From contig OZ024743.1 of assembly GCA_964016885.1 (NCBI GenBank), positions 6,944,001 through 7,008,000 on the forward strand: a stretch of 64,000 bases of DNA. The letters are read 5' to 3'. The notes under the pieces are model-generated. The model saw nothing but the letters and a program-made list of their open reading frames with translations, did no database searches and was not told the DNA's origin. The position numbers were made by a program, and so were the translations under genes. Every line of letters starts with the position of its first letter. Positions within the stretch are counted from its first letter, which is position 1. Shown in pieces: positions 1 to 64,000 of the stretch. This stretch comes from Eledone cirrhosa (Eukaryota).

Positions 1-365
1 TTTGAACTTAGAACATGAGTCAGAACAAATGCTGCAAAACTGTTTGTCTGTTGCTCTACCAATACTGCCAATCCACTGCCCTCCAACTAAATAATATAAA
101 TAGTTAGCAATAGTTAGTTTTTGTCATAGAAAGATAATTATTTTAATTTTATTGATGTTCTTTTAGTTGTGTACTACATGTAGTATTTCAGATTCTAAAG
201 TTATTTTAAATTCTGAATATTCTCTGCTTTCACTACTCTACTTATATTTATGATGCTAGAACACTCGCAGTTTCCATTTTACATGTAAAGTGAAATCTTT
301 GTTCTTGCAACTGCTGATAATTTGATGTAATGGGATTTCGTATACATGACTCATTATTTGTATAT

Positions 366-483
366 ACGTTATGAGTTCAAATCCCGCTGAGGTTAACTTT
401 GCCTTTCATCCTTATGGGGTCGATAAAATAAAGTACCAGTAATGCACTGGGTAATTGCTGGCCTTGTGCCAAAAGTAGAAATA
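366..483 (+). mobile_element. SINE family A (tRNA-derived, Nin/Deu-like core), 5'-truncated
   Basis: B box GAGTTCAAATCC, core GCCTTTCATCCTTAYGGGGTCGATAAAA; 13-bp TSD ATTATTTGTATAT at 353-365 and 484-496. Confidence 0.85.
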
Positions 484-496
484 ATTATTTGTATAT

Positions 497-722
497 CACC
501 TTGACCGACCAGTCTGTCGGGCGCCACTGGTCACAGCACGTCGTGCTGTTTTAGCCATAAGATAATGCCATCCTACTGGTTGGGCGGGCAGGCCGGTACT
601 CATTTCTACTGGAGCAACGTGAAATAAAGTGTCTTGTTCAAAGAAACAACACATCACCCGGTCCGAGAATTGAACTCACAACCTTTCGATTGCAAGCCCA
701 ATGCTCTAACCACTAAGCCATG
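497..722 (-). mobile_element. SINE with family B tRNA-like head and a different 3' part
   Basis: Reverse complement of TGGCTTAGTGGTTAGAGCATTGGGCTTGCAATCGAAAGGTTGTGAGTTCAATTCTC matches heads at 31612, 49049 and 60967. Confidence 0.8.
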
Positions 723-1246
723 GCATGTAGTGTGAATTGTTTAGCAATCTTGTTTAGCATTCTTATATACATGTCACACAACAAACATGAGGACGTAACT
801 CTTATCTTGATCACCAATTTTATATGCACCTTCACTATTTATAGTTATGTATGTATAAATAATAAAATCTACATAAGAAATGAGCACAATGTTTTTGAAT
901 TACTTTCCTAACATGCATTCATAAAACATTTTTTGTCACTTAAGATAAATTTTAGACAAAAATACTTCTTAGTATCTATTGAACATTAAATTTACATTTT
1001 ATCCTGAACAATTAATGAGTTGTCACTACTCAAACTTTCACTCATATTAGTTTAAAATTTCATACATTATTATGATTCTTACTTGCTAAATTTTTCCAAA
1101 ATAATGATGCCAAGCTTGATAATTTCTGTAAGTTTTATTTTATTCTATATGTTCACCCTTGCTAGCAGGGAATACAGATATTAAATGATGTAATTTCCTA
1201 CAAATTTAACCCGAAAATGATTTTAAAAAATTCTTTTATAATGCAG

Positions 1247-63389
<62,143 letters not shown>

Positions 63390-64000
63390 GTAAGTATTTA
63401 AAATATTTGTTTTTAAGATTTAATTAAAGAGGAATATTTGTTGATTTAGTCCTAATTCTGTTTATATAAGTATATACTTACTTGAATGGTAACAACATAT
63501 TGTAGCAAGGACTCTTTAGTCATGTCGAAGATTTGCCATCCTCACTGAATACTTACTTTTAAAGAAACTTAGCTCTATCTCCTTGAACTGTCTATAGAGA
63601 TTAGAGTTTATTTTAAAACTTCTATACATTAGGTTATAGAAGTTAATTTTAATGGAGAAATAATGTGTTAGGGCTGTTGATAATTGTAGAGTTTGAAGTT
63701 GGCTTAATAGCAGATTACTACTTTTAAAAGTATTAGAAGTGGTCTTTATGTAATATTTATTTAGTTTCGATTGATACCTCACATCTAGACACTATATTCT
63801 TTCTGAGACAGTGCTTTGCAGTGGCAATTTATCTGGATATCTACAGTTACACATTGTTCTACAGATTCTAATTTTTGTAGTTAGCCTGTACCCCAGGTTG
63901 TCTTGCTTATAGAATCTGTTGGGAATGCTATAAAACATCCGTGCATATTCTTTCCATCTAGATGTAGATATTCTGGCTTTAATTTATATAAAATAACACC

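Overview
AT-rich, intron-rich animal genomic DNA. The repeat families resemble those of coleoid cephalopods, probably an octopod; this is inferred from SINE motifs, not proven. The whole window is an internal part of one + strand gene, cytoplasmic dynein 1 heavy chain (DYNC1H1). I traced 56 coding exons in frame from 1247 to 63389, covering the tail, linker, AAA1-AAA4 and the approach to the stalk; start and stop codons lie outside the window. The introns hold a full-length but disabled CsRn1-clade Gypsy LTR retrotransposon (26073-31562), RTE and CR1-type LINE fragments, a decayed mariner, a piggyBac-type MITE, a non-autonomous Helitron with an internal tandem array, and many tRNA-derived SINEs. 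The most notable observations are: a genomic Asp (GAT) where dyneins have a near-invariant Gly in the AAA1 TMNPGYAGR motif, a candidate for restorative A-to-I editing; a ~218-nt fold-back SINE palindrome; a GC-AG intron whose acceptor abuts a perfect GTGAGT donor; an intact -1 frameshift signal with a pseudoknot; and LTRs ending in AA instead of CA. Homology statements come from my recall of these families, not from database searches. I found no wholly new system that the sequence alone can demonstrate.
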